A stretch of 63,724 nt of DNA, filler included, from Jimgerdemannia flammicorona (Eukaryota), in NCBI GenBank assembly GCA_003990765.1. It is 3 parts of 3 records of this genome, joined end to end, with 100 filler letters (N's around TTAATTAATTAA, not from the genome) between each part and the next. Parts side by side here need not be neighbours in the genome. Positions count along the whole stretch, not along the records: positions 1 to 21,185 come from RBNJ01001508.1; 2 more parts are not named here. The stretch is one strand, 5' to 3'. Positions 1-11,584 of this stretch are shown here, in pieces. The notes below the pieces were generated by a model. It saw only the letters and a program-made list of their open reading frames with translations, searched no databases and was not told the origin of the DNA. The number at the start of each line of letters is the position of its first letter. Position 1 is the first letter of the stretch. A program made the position numbers and the translations under genes.

Positions 1-132
1 TTCGAATCCGATTCGAATCCGATTCGAATCCATCCGGATGGGATTCGAATCCCATCCGAGTTGATCCGGATGGGATTCAATCCGAATCAATCCGAATCCA
101 ATCCGGATTAAATTGACTCGTTAGGAGCACTA
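1..132. mobile_element. Right terminus of a hAT-like DNA transposon (TIR plus subterminal ATCCGGAT/TTCGAATC repeats)
   Basis: The reverse complement of the end reads TAGTGCTCCTAACGA, 14/15 identical to TAGTGCTCCAAACGA at 8801. It fits the hAT YARNG terminus, and the flanking 8-mer GTAGAGAC fits the hAT nTnnnnAn target pattern. Dense short palindromic subterminal repeats are present. Confidence 0.6.
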
Positions 133-957
133 GTAGAGACTTATATTTGACTGCTTTTTTTTGAAAGAGACTAGACTTGTAGAGGTCTCAGGATCTTTAT
201 CATAAAGTAGCTAAAAGAGAGAAAGACCAGTAGATAATTAGACAGTATTATTATATATAAATTCTATATAAGTCAAGTAATGGCTCCAATCTTCTTACTT
301 ATAAGAAATATAGTTTCTGAGCATTTATTTTAGAGTTCTATTCATGCATTTGGTTTATCTATTAGTTTGTAGATAGAAGTGACCAATTGGATTCTCAGAG
401 TTTTGAAGAGAGTTTACCAGAAGTAACTGGTGAACTTGGGATCATAGTTACTGACAATTACTCATAGTAAGTTATAGTGATAAAAGATAGACTTAGAGAA
501 GATTCTTGTAATCTCAAGTATAGTAGTATTGATAGTGATGGATTCAGTAACTATAGTCTTGATCAGATAGTCAATGAATATGATGATAGCATTAGTATCA
601 GATTGAGTTCATGGTAGTTGAGTTATAAAGTCCATTATAACTTATTCAAATTTCTTAGTTGGAATTGACTGTAAGCACACAACCTTCAAGCCACTGAAAT
701 CACATGTCACCCTCTGAACAAGCCACTAAAATCATGCATGACAGTTGAACAAATCTAGAAATCACCTGCTCAATCATGAAGCTGAGTCAAATCAAAGTCA
801 CAGTGCACAAAGCTGAGTCAATATAAAGTCACAGAACATAAGATTTATATAAACAGAATCTTACCAATCAGGACCAAATGCATATACCAAGCACTAAGAT
901 GTATTGAAACAGAGAACTAAAACAAACAACAACCACAACTTTTGAACATATATAAAC

Positions 958-2055
958 ATGACCACTGAGATCTACAACCACATCTGTGCTAACATTTGGA
1001 ATGCTATTGTCAACTGAGTCACACCCCCTTTGTCCCTCATGAATATCCATAGCTTAGCACTCCTCTACTTTGTAGAAGTCCAATAAAATGCTCTGAACAT
1101 GCTTAGTGAAACCCACTGAATCAGACAAATCTCAAGCTACTACCAGATCAGCTATCTCTTAGAAGATATGGTCAAACACCATCATGATACAGATATTATC
1201 CAGATATCTCAACACCAGAAACTCATTGCTCATAAACATCAAGAACTCTTCTATGAATACAGTACCTTTATTCTCTACCTCCAAGTTACTACTGCCAAAA
1301 TGATTACTACTCTATCCTATGGCCAGATAGATGACATAATATAAGAACTCAACCATAAGTATCTCAAGTACATTCAGACTACAGACAGAACCTTCCCATA
1401 CCCTAATGACTATATTCTGCAAATGCCCCAAGTTGGATACACTATAAAAGACATCTACAATATAATCTGATTCAATGAGAACAAAGCAGAAGACAATGAT
1501 CCCTCTGATGCCAACATGACCTCAAGCTAAGGATCTCTACCAACTCTGATCACTCTGCCAACCTTGCCAATAAACTTGCAATAGTTCATAACCACCTATG
1601 AAACTTATTAGAACAATGACCACTGGTATAAGTACCAACTCACATTCACTTCTGATTACTTCAACTATAATAAAGAGACTGGAGAACACAATCTGTACCT
1701 CCAGACAACTCTCAAGATTGAACCAACCACTCCACTACCCAAGTACAAGCAATATGAACCACAGCTGCCAGCTTACTACAACCCTATGACTCATAGTGCT
1801 GTAACCTATAGAAGATATGCAGACAGTGAATTCGATGAAAGCAAAGATGATGCACCACTCCTTTGCCTATCAACTTCATACTCAGCATATGAGACAGATG
1901 ATACTATTCTGTAGAATAGTGATAAAGTCTCAATATATTACTACCTTAGCAAATAAAGAGAATTAATTTACAAATAACTTTTTCTAAATGATTACTTTAT
2001 TAGAGATGATATTATTGATAGTAATATCATTGAAGACTATCCAGACAATGTCTAA
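958..2055 (+). pseudogene. LTR(U3)-encoded ORF, decayed copy (1098 nt)
   Basis: Starts MTTEIYNHI and ends ...IEDYPDNV*. Same length as the copies at 13081-14178 and 54379-55476. Stops are explained by C>T/G>A changes. Confidence 0.8.
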
Positions 2056-2244
2056 ATCTATAAATAGCTTAGTAGTCATAGTATAGTTAGATTAGCCTTA
2101 TATGACATAACTGTGAACTGACTCAGCAATCAGACAATCTCTTGATATGTCAGATTACATTTATACTATGTGGCTGTATTTCAACTCAGCAAAGCATTAA
2201 GTGTTATACCCATATTCAGCATAGCCCAGATAGCCCCTCACTAG

Positions 2245-2381
2245 TATAAATACCCCCTCCTTCAGACCTCAGAATCTTAGACTTGAAGACTCAAATACAC
2301 AAGAACATTCTTGAACACTTCTCTATAATATCCCTTTATACAACTACTCCTAGTATAGTAATATCATGAATAGTGAATAAA
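2245..2381 (+). promoter_or_regulatory. LTR TATA box (TATAAA 2245-2250) and polyadenylation signal (AATAAA 2376-2381)
   Basis: The CTAGTATAAATACC context is conserved in type A and type B LTR copies. AATAAA lies ~130 nt downstream, the typical U3/R arrangement. Confidence 0.65.
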
Positions 2382-2996
2382 CCTATTTAATAATCTACAA
2401 ACTACTTTTAAGTAAATCTACTCTCTGTTAGGTCCCACTTCTAACCTTATTATGAAATTTCCTAATTAAGTATTGTCTACAGTAATATGCCAATTCAACT
2501 AAGCTGACTTTAGTTTCTTGAACTTCCTGAAATATGGAAAATCCTGAATATCTAGAACTAGTCTGAAAAAGGACTTTGGTTGAGACATCAATTTAATCTT
2601 GAAATTAATAAGTGTAGAGAATATACTCCATATGAAATTGATCTTGACCATAAGAAAACAGTCTTCCAGAATATCCAGAACTTCCTGAAAACTCTTTCAG
2701 AACTATGTAATGGTTACCTTAATAAGTAACCCTCTTACATTGACAGTAATTATAGCAAACTAACTAGTACTTGGTTGGTAAATTTGTTATACTAACAGAG
2801 GTCATAGCTAGTAATATAGTTTTTGATTTTCTTATCCATACTTGGCCAATAGTAGTGATGCTGGATATTCTTGATAGTTTTCTTAATTCCAAGATAACTA
2901 ATAAGTAGAGAGTTATAGTATTCTTACAGTATCTTATAGTATAGATTTATATTATCAGATAGGTGGACTTTGTCTTAATAGTAGATCAAATTATCC

Positions 2997-5900
2997 TTTT
3001 TTTTTTTTTTTTTTTTTTTTTATAGTCACTTGGACTCTGTCTTTATTACCAATCTATGAATAAGTATACAATATCACCACCCACTATCCAATCCCCATAG
3101 AGGGGCCCCTCCCCACCTCTTCACATATAAAGACCACTCTCTCACCAATGACTCCAACTCTCTCACCACTCTGACCACAGATTTTCTCCACCAAGTGGTA
3201 TCTCCAACCCCCCAGCAGCCCCCAACCAAGCCACCAGCCTGTCAAGGTGTCCTCCATAAGGCACTGCCACCATGATAACTGGCTCCCTAAACTCTGTTAC
3301 CTCTTCTCCTCAAATACAAATAGCCAGTGACTGGCCAGCCCAACCCAAATAGCCAACATCTAGCCTAAGGTAATCTACTCCACCCCTATCCCTCCTACCA
3401 ATCAATCCCTCAGATCCTCTCACCTCCCCCATATATCATCTCCTCTATGCCTCACCCCTAAGCAGTCCTCAATAGCTTACCAAAAGTCTCCCAATACCTC
3501 ACACTCTCCTAGCCAATGTTCTGGCATCTGTACAAATCCCCCTTCCTGCCCTACATTATGGCACTTCTCGCAGTCAAAGCAGCCCCCTATGACAAGGTGT
3601 CCTGAGCGGAAGTTAAGCATCATATTCCTCCTCAGCATATACCACCAGACCACCCAGTACTTCGGCAGCATCCAATTTTTCACTGCGGTGCTCCAGGTCC
3701 AAACCCCATGCCAGTCCCACTCCTCTCCAATACCAACTCCTTGCCAACCACTAGGCCACAGATCCTGGCCCAGTCCCCTTTGGCATTCTACTCTATCACC
3801 AATGTCGAACTCAGGTAAAGGTATGCTGCCCAGTAGAATGCCATCTCATCTCCACATCACCAGGTCCCAAGCCCTCTCCCCCTCATTCCCTTGTCAGCAA
3901 ATACCAATGCAGTGTACCCCCTCTGCTATCCCCTACCAGAAGCCTTTATATTACAATTGTGCAATATTCTGAAGTCCAACTAATGAAAGAAGATCACCAG
4001 TCAAGCCTCTTGGTAATGACCACCTCTCCCAGACCTTCTGCAGTAGGGGGACCCAACCCCCTCTATGTAACTCCATCACCCTCTTAAGCCACTATGCCCT
4101 CAAGCAGTGTAGTCATTTAGGGAAGTCCACCAACCCAAGACCACCTCTCACCACCAGTAGGGACAAGGTCTCCCAACCAATCTGACTCCATCTGCCAGCC
4201 CAAATCCATCCCTTGGCCACCTTTACCAATCTCTTCACCACTCAGGCTGGGAAGTCCAGATGATAAGCCAAATACCACAGCTTCAGCAGCCAGTATATAT
4301 TCAGAATCGAGATCCTTCCTGCCAGAGAGAAGTATCTTCCCCCCCAACCCTGCAGGTCCTCCTCCCAAATTCCAACCCTCTGCTCCCACCACAGCCTGGG
4401 CAGAACAGATTCATAGACTGACAAATAGATGCCCAAGTACCGCACTGCCTCTCTTGCAGGGACAATTGTTCCAATAACCTCTCCTCTCACCAGGCCATTG
4501 CCTAGTATCATTGTTTCACACTTGTACCAATTCAGCTTCACCCCAGAGTTCTCCTTATACCACTCTACTATCTTCTTGAGCTCCTCAATATCAGCAATCA
4601 CTCTCAAACCAACCACCATGTCATCTGCAAAGGCTCCAACTTTCCAGCCAACTTTATAGATAGAGAGCCCCACTATCCTCTGCTGAATTTGGTCCATTAG
4701 GGGTTCCAAGGAAAGAGCATACAAAATGGGGGACAGTGGGTCCCCCTGGGGCACCCCTCTATCCAGAGGGAATGCTACCCCTTGATGCCCATTACACATG
4801 AGCACAGCCCTACTCCCTTCCAGTAGACTGACTATTGCTGACTGAAATGGGACTGGAACCCCAATTCTATCTAGTACTTTCACCAGCCAGACTTGCTGCA
4901 CCTGGTCATAAGCCTTCTCCTGGTCCAAGAAGACAAGATGCCCATCCAGTCCACAGGCTCTAGTACCTTCAATAACTCCATATACCCAGGCTGTACTATC
5001 TCTAATAAGCTGACCCCCTATGAAGCCCCTCTGCTCAACACCTACAATTTGCTAGACTACCTTCTGTAGCCTTATAACCACCACCTTAGTCACTAACTTT
5101 CTATCCATATCTAGCAATATTATCGGCTGCCAGTTCTTCCAATCCTCTTGCCTTCCTTTGTTCTTATAAAGCAGCATCACCAGCCCAAGATCCTGCTCTC
5201 TCACCCATCTCCCTGACTGCAATATAAAGTCACACAGTGCCATCAACTCCCCCAACATGCCCAGGACTCCAACCATTTGCTTCCAGAAGTCCCAGGGGAG
5301 GTCATCCTCCCCAGGTGCTGTACCTGAGGCTGTTATGGCAAGAATCTGGCAGATCTCATCCTCCTTTACAGACATCATCAGGTCATCTAGTCTCTCAGCT
5401 TGTAGTGGGTACCAATCCTCTAATGTTCAGTCAATGGCTATAGCATCTGCCCCACCCTCCTCCTCACTCCACAGTCTACTCCATTGCTTCTTCAGCATTC
5501 TAAGGATATTCTGTACACCATGCACTAGTACACCATCCAAGTCAAGTACCCCTTCCCACCGCTGCTATACCCTTCTCACTTGAATTGTCCTCATGAGAAA
5601 CTTGGAAGGCCTCTCCCCTTCCTCCAGCCCCTGCCAATGTGCTGCCAGGCCTTGTATCCTTGACTCTTCCTCTTCTCGCAGCACCTGTTGTAGTTCCCCA
5701 ACCTCCATCTTCACCCTCATTATTCTTCAATCCTCTTCTCTCTCCACTATTGCCAATCTCGCCCACTCCTCCAGGAGCCTAGCCAATCTAGTAGAAGCCC
5801 AATGCACTCTTCGCCTTTGCTGCTTCCCTGTCTCTCTGCCAATCTCGCTCCAGTACATCCTGGCCATCTCTTTCAACCTTACCCACCAAACCCCAATTGA

Positions 5901-7860
5901 GGTCCCTTCCTGCTGCCAGTTCTCCACCTTCAGCTGAATGTCATTTGCCCACTTCTCCCACCAGGACTCATCATCCAGCAAGGAGGAATTTAGGCACCAA
6001 TGTCCAGGCCCATCACCACTTCTCCCAAAACACCCCTGTCCCAAAAGGCCCCAGTGATCTGACCACAGACACCATTCCACCACTAGCACCTTCCAAACAT
6101 TGCAGCCCCAATAGTTGGCCATCAGAATCCAATCAATTCTTATCCCCAGGCCTCCAGCCCAATGCATATATATCCTCCCATCCCCCCAGTACTCCTTACT
6201 AGTATCAACTAGCACTCCTAGTCTTTTGACTTCCTCCCACATCGCCAGCCCCCCACTCCTGCTCTCAGCACCCCATCCTCCATCAGTTCTATCCAACCAC
6301 ATATCCCGAACCATATTGAAATCTCCTCCAAGTATATCCACCCCCACCTCAGCAAGGATCTCACTCTCCTGGAGCCCTTTCACCCAATCCACATACTCCC
6401 CCTGCATGGCAGGGCAGTAACAGGAGCCAACTGTGACTGGCTTCCAATCTGCATGAATCTACTCACCCCAGACCAGTCTCTCCCCCCAGCTCCTCACATC
6501 CCTTATCTCCCCTCTGCCTTTCCGAACCAGAATCCCAACCTTGTTGTTCCAAATTGCCATACTACCCCATTTCTTTGTCTATTCCATCCTATCAGATTCA
6601 TCCTCACACCTGACATCCTGCAAGAGGAAGAGATCGGCCTCCAATTCCTTCAGCCAAATAAAAATGTTCCTACATCTAACTGTATCTCTTAGCCCATTTA
6701 CATTCAAAGAAAAAATGTTGGTTATACTATTTATAATGAAATACAGTTTGTTCTCAGTCAATCTCTACTGCTCCATGCTCATCTCCTCCTGTGCTATGTT
6801 CAGATTATGTTCTGCCATCACCTCCTCCTCTTCAGCCCTCTGAGCCTCCAATCCAGCCAACAGCTCATTTATCTCCTCATTGGCCTTCTCCTCAAACTCC
6901 TCCCTATACTCAATGTAAGCCTCCTGCCAAAGCTGCAGCTTATGATACTTGTTCTAACAGTACTCAGCCCTCTCTCCAGCAATAACTACCATCTCTGCCT
7001 CCCACTCCTTGTCCACCTCATACCCTTCCTCTTCCAGATACACTGTGAGAATTTCCGCCTTCAGTGCCATCACCACTCCTTCCCTCTGCAAAATTCTTGC
7101 CTAGTACTTGTCACCCATCACATGCAAGTCCACCTTCCCCAACTCTTCTGCCGCCAGATTATTTATCATCCAGCACATCCAAAGTAGGTTCCCCACCTCC
7201 TTCCCACCAGGGGTCACCGGCCTCTCTCTGTCCAGCATCGTGGTATCAGCTCCGGCACTTGCATCCTCATCCCACACCTCCAGGACATCCACCAGTTCCT
7301 CCTCTCCAGCTGCCACTACTTGATCCCCATCCATTACCTCCAGAATGCTGAATTTCACCTGCTGGGTCCCCAGCATCATCATGTCCTCCCCAGTCTTATT
7401 TCTGGAAGCCGGGCCATACCTGATAAGAGGGGAAGGAGTGGGGGAGTTCTCCCAGACCTCATTCCAAACCTCCAAGGTGCCATTTGCATATAGGTCACTA
7501 ATCTTCACCTCTTTTGCCTTCCCTGTCTCCATCCCATCATTCCCACTCCTCTCGCCAGCCCAGATACTCACTTCGGCCCCTTCTGCACTTGTCTTCTTGC
7601 TCGCATCCTTCTGTGGTCCTCCCCCCAGTTTAGCCAGCAGGTCCTTCTATCTCTTTCGCCCCTGAGCCCTTTCCCACTACACCTTGTCCACTCGAATTCT
7701 CTTTTCATCCACCACCTCCAGGTGCATCAACTCCTTGAAAGTCTTCCATGCCTTTGCTTGCCACTCCACAGCCCCATCCAGTTTTTTCAGCACTTCCAAT
7801 AAATCTTCTTCCTCTTCTTCACTTCCTTTCACCCTCATCACCTTGCACAAGATCGCTCTC
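2997..7860 (-). mobile_element. L1/Tx1-like LINE, 5'-truncated or interrupted (ORF1 C-terminal half, APE endonuclease, RT, C-terminal Cys/His motif, poly(A))
   Basis: Poly(T) at 2997-3021. APE motifs SLNVNGL, GGDFN, RID and SDH. RT motifs DQEKAYD, GVPQGDPLSP, FADD and YLG. C-terminal CxxC...H-x4-C at 3477-3683. Confidence 0.93.
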
Positions 7861-7919
7861 CAATGGCTCCTTTCTCTGCTACCTTACTGGTCACAAGGTT
7901 TGGTAGACAACCTTCCAAG

Positions 7920-8620
7920 TTCCCTTTCCCCTAATATTACCCCCTCTACCTCGGGTTGGTTTGCTGTGCCTGTAGGGGCATAGTGGGAGGAGGGCAATGG
8001 TAATGAGTTGCCCCTTTATCAGTGTCAGATTGGTGCTTCCTCCACTTTTTTGCGGATTCTGGTGCCTTCAGCTGTATCTGGGGTATACCTGTTTTAGTGC
8101 AGCACCTTCTTCCTTTTGCCATCACCAACAAGGAGTTGTCTTGGTGTGTCTCGGGCTATGTAGGGAGTTGGCTGACCTTGGGCATCAAGTGTTCAGTATA
8201 AGTTACCTGCAGGTCCTCGGTGTCTGTGGTGGAGCCCTCTGGCTTTGGTGAGCTTCCCGGTGAGCATAGTTCTGACATAGGTGACTGTTTTTTGGGTGAT
8301 ATCAGGATGGGAGGGGAGATGGTCATCACAGATAGGAGGAAGGGTGATTATGGTGAACCAGTAGGGTACCAGGCTGGGGGCAGTCGTCAGGGCTGGGGCA
8401 GGTGCTGCTTCGGTGGGACTTTTTGATTGGTACAGTATGGTTAGGTGGTAGGTATCACTCTCGGCTTCTTTTGGTGATTTGTGGGGTTGGGCCCCGGTCA
8501 TCAGGGGGGGTCGGGGGGCCCAAGGCTACCCATTTTAGGTGTCTTGGCTGCACTCAACTGGAACTAGGAGCTGACACAGCAATGTGATCGAGGCCCACAG
8601 GCTTGAGTAGTAGGGTATTG
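7920..8620 (-). other. Unclassified decayed coding fragment, possibly the 5' end/ORF1 of another retroelement
   Basis: Pro/Thr-rich broken minus-strand frames (8193-8501 and neighbours), CpG-depleted like the repeats. No recognisable motif. Confidence 0.3.
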
Positions 8621-8800
8621 GGGGTCTCCTCCCGCCTCACATGTAAGTCCTCTACTCACCTCAACTGGGAGATCCAGGCCCTACCCACCATACTATACTT
8701 TGATAAGGGGTTTTTCTTTATCTGTCATTCTCTTTGGAGTGGCAGGGGCTATTCTATTCAGCTCAGGTGTGGCCTTATACATACATTGGGTTCTCAGGCA

Positions 8801-8980
8801 TAGTGCTCCAAACGAATGGAGTTGATCCAGATGAGATTCGATTCAGATTCATCATGTGATAGATTCGAATCAACTTGGATTAGTCTTGTGATCTGATCTG
8901 GATTGATCCATCTGGATGATCCATCCAGATGATCCATCTGGATTGACCCATCTGGATTGATCCATTTGGATTGAAATCTT
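8801..8980 (+). mobile_element. Left terminus of a hAT-like DNA transposon
   Basis: TAGTGCTCCAAACGA TIR matches the terminus at 118-132. It is followed by CpG-decayed versions of the same subterminal repeats (GATCCATCTGGATT tandem units). Confidence 0.6.
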
Positions 8981-9159
8981 TGGTGACGTCACCCTTTCTT
9001 TTGTTTATTTCGCTCTTGTTTTTTTTTTCTGCCACACTTTGGTAACATCACCCTTTCCTTTGTTCCCTCTCTTTTCTTTGTTCTTTTTCTTTGTTCTTTT
9101 CTGCCACATCACAAGCAAACAAAACAGCAGCCCTTAATTCATACGTTGGTCCAGTCTAC

Positions 9160-11277
9160 TTATTTTTCACCCTGCAATAATCATCAAAAGAGGGAGTATT
9201 TGAGGTAGAAACACACTCTCTGCTGACAATGTTAGATTCTTTCTCATATGGATAGCACACAAGCTGCTCATCGAGAGCCAAAGGGGTGACGGTGGTGGCG
9301 GTGGCGATTGTGATGGTGGGGATGAGGGAGAATTCCGGCAATAACTCACGGTGGCCCTTCAGACCTTGGAATTCACAGACCTCACAGCTATGTATGCAGT
9401 AGCCTTTTTGGAACAGCTGATAGTAGATGTAGATTGCTTACTCAGCTGCCACTTGTTTACTTGTGTTTATTTATTTAAACTTCCCCAGCATGACCCAATT
9501 CACCTTGTACTTTTCTTAGAGTCCATAGCTCTATGGTGAGATCTGCCAACTTTATTCGCAATATCTGGTCAAGATGAAGAAAGGCTGGCAGACATTGTGG
9601 GGCATGCCTTTGGTAGCTGAGCTGTTGAGTCAATGCACCATATGGTGGAGGTCTCAAAAGGAACAGAAGCAAGCCTTCGTGAGCAATTCTTGTGCAACTT
9701 GTACAACTCATTGGTGTGCAACTCGTCGGCATGCAACTCGTTGGCATGCAGCTCACTCACTCACACTCTTTTTCTGAAATACCCATCTCTATGTTTTATT
9801 TAATTTCATTTTTACATGGTCTCCCCCTAAAAAACACCCCCACCCACACACAACCCGCATACAACCCGTCTGCATGCAATCCGCCCACCCGCACGCAACC
9901 TGCCTGCACGCAACCCACCTGCAACCTGCCCACATGCAACCCACCTGCATGCAATCCGCCTGCAACCCGCCTATACACAACCCGCCTGCACGCAACCCAT
10001 CCGCAACCCGTCCACATACTTATCTCGGTCCCTCAGATCAGGGCTTAGTTCCATTGGAAAGGAGAGTTCAAAGTTACTCGAGTTCAACCACATCCGGCAT
10101 CTGATCAAATAGAGAAATTTGAGGGCAAGATGTTCAGCATGAGCAGTACCAGCATCGTCATCAAGGCTTGGGGGTCTATATTCAAATCAGAGCCAATCGT
10201 ACTTGACCAAGGGGTCTATTGGCCAGCAGGAGTAACCAATGACGAAGAGAACCATATCTTTATTAATGAACGTGGAGAGGTGGTTGCAATGGTGGTAAGA
10301 AACCTCTACGGTGACAAGCTTCGCCACCACATCAACGAGATTTGTGAGGATTGTGTCAAATACCAGGTGGCAGGGAAGAGGGGGTGAAAAAAGCAAGGAG
10401 GGGGGGTTTGGATGGAAATTAGGTATACTGCAACACTGGCGAAGGGTGGGTTCTGAAATCCCCTGCACTTGTCTCCCTTTTTTTTTAACCCCTCCCCAGA
10501 TAAATCACACTCTTCGCCGACATACTCTTTTTGATACAATTCCAGGGATACACAAGATTCTGTACCCCTACTGGAACTTTAGAAGTGCCGTTGAAGAGCA
10601 AACTGCACGCGAGCATGACATGGCCTGTATGGTGATAGCAGCTATGATCTGGGGTTCTTTGAGCAGATTGGTAGAGCATACGGCAGACCAGCTTGGTGGT
10701 GATCTCGGTGCAGCTGTATGTACATTCTTAGTGCAATTTAGCGTGCCATATGAGGTGAGGAGCTCCGCTTTTTTGGGGTGCTACAGCCTGGGGGGTTTCT
10801 GCAGCCCAGGGGGTTTCTACCCCCCAAACGCAAAAAGGACTGACCGGTTGCCATCCGTTTTGGCAGGTTTCCAAGCCAGGGCTCCTGGGGCTGGACCAAG
10901 GGCAGACATCCACCAGCACAGCCTGGCAGTATGAGGTCCTGGGCCAAGAGTTCACCCAACCATATGCTCGCGTCATATCAGGATATGTCAGGTGCAACCT
11001 TTCTCTGCCCATACACACAGACAACAATGTCACCCCGGTAATGTTTTACATCCCGAAAAGGAAGGGCCCAACCTGGGAGGATAGTGGTGGAGTCTGGTAT
11101 GACCTCACCTATGGTTTCGGGGTCCCGTTTGTGGCCAATACAGCTGTCCTATTCTAACCACACAACCACTATGGCACCGTCACCTTTGAGGAGAGCTTGG
11201 ACACAATAGTCATCATACTCACAACGGATGACAGGCTCATCAAGGCCTAGGACCAGTGGGTGGAGCAGTTTTTGTGA
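9160..11277 (+). pseudogene. Multi-exon pseudogene with C-terminal TET/JBP-like 2OG-Fe(II) dioxygenase domain
   Basis: Frame-preserving GT-AG introns at 9714-10036, 10446-10499 and 10755-10866 (CTGAC branch point). The last exon reads ...NLSLPIHTDNN...SGGVWYDLTYGFGVPFVANTAVLF*PHNHYGT...TIVIILT, i.e. HxD, the GG strand and a distal H-(x)-GT of a double-stranded beta-helix. Most stops are consistent with C>T or G>A changes; one frameshift lies in the G-run near 10381. The 5' boundary is approximate. Confidence 0.55.
9845..10015 (+). repeat. Degenerate minisatellite (GCAACCCGCCTGCAC-like units) inside a predicted intron
   Basis: More than 10 imperfect CAACCC(G/A)C units. It explains the spurious Cys/Pro-rich ORFs in the track. 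Confidence 0.8.
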
Positions 11278-11584
11278 GAGTTAGGTAATCTTTCATGAGG
11301 GTTAGGCAGCCATTTTGTGTGGGTTGGGCAGTCTTATGTGGGGGGGTTGGGCCAGGCACCTCTTATGTAGCACTAGCTTAGCCGTTATGCAGGGCCCTAC
11401 CAGCCCCTTGGCCCTGCTCTGTAGTGCTGCCGGTGCGGTGCTGCGGCACAGGGCTGGGGTGCCCATGGGACCCGAACCGGTGACTTCGACCACCAGAAAC
11501 ACCCTCTGACTGCCAGAAGCACCCTTCAACCACCAGAAGCACTCTCTGCCCCAGACTCCTTGGTGGCTTGGGGCTGCCCCTACA

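Larger units (their letters stand above)
670..2739 (+). mobile_element. Solo LTR of the chromovirus family (type A, 2070 bp)
   Basis: TGTAAG...CTTACA termini with a perfect 5-bp TSD TTGAC (665-669 and 2740-2744). Homologous to 12409-14434 and 53755-55734. Confidence 0.95.
133..2996 (-). pseudogene. Decayed Ty3/gypsy integrase fragment, split by a solo LTR (pieces 133-669 and 2740-2996)
   Basis: Minus-strand translation gives ...IQHHYYWPSMDKKIKNYITSYDLC (decayed HHCC zinc-finger region), continuing across the LTR into ...MDFITQLP...DPKFTSYFW (integrase core). Many stops. Confidence 0.8.

Noticed and set aside
4615..4635. FADD instead of YADD in the LINE RT
   Set aside because: FADD is normal in L1-clade RTs, including human L1.
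8880..8975. CRISPR-like regularly spaced repeats
   Set aside because: Short tandem units without unique spacers, in a eukaryotic context; better explained as transposon subterminal repeats.
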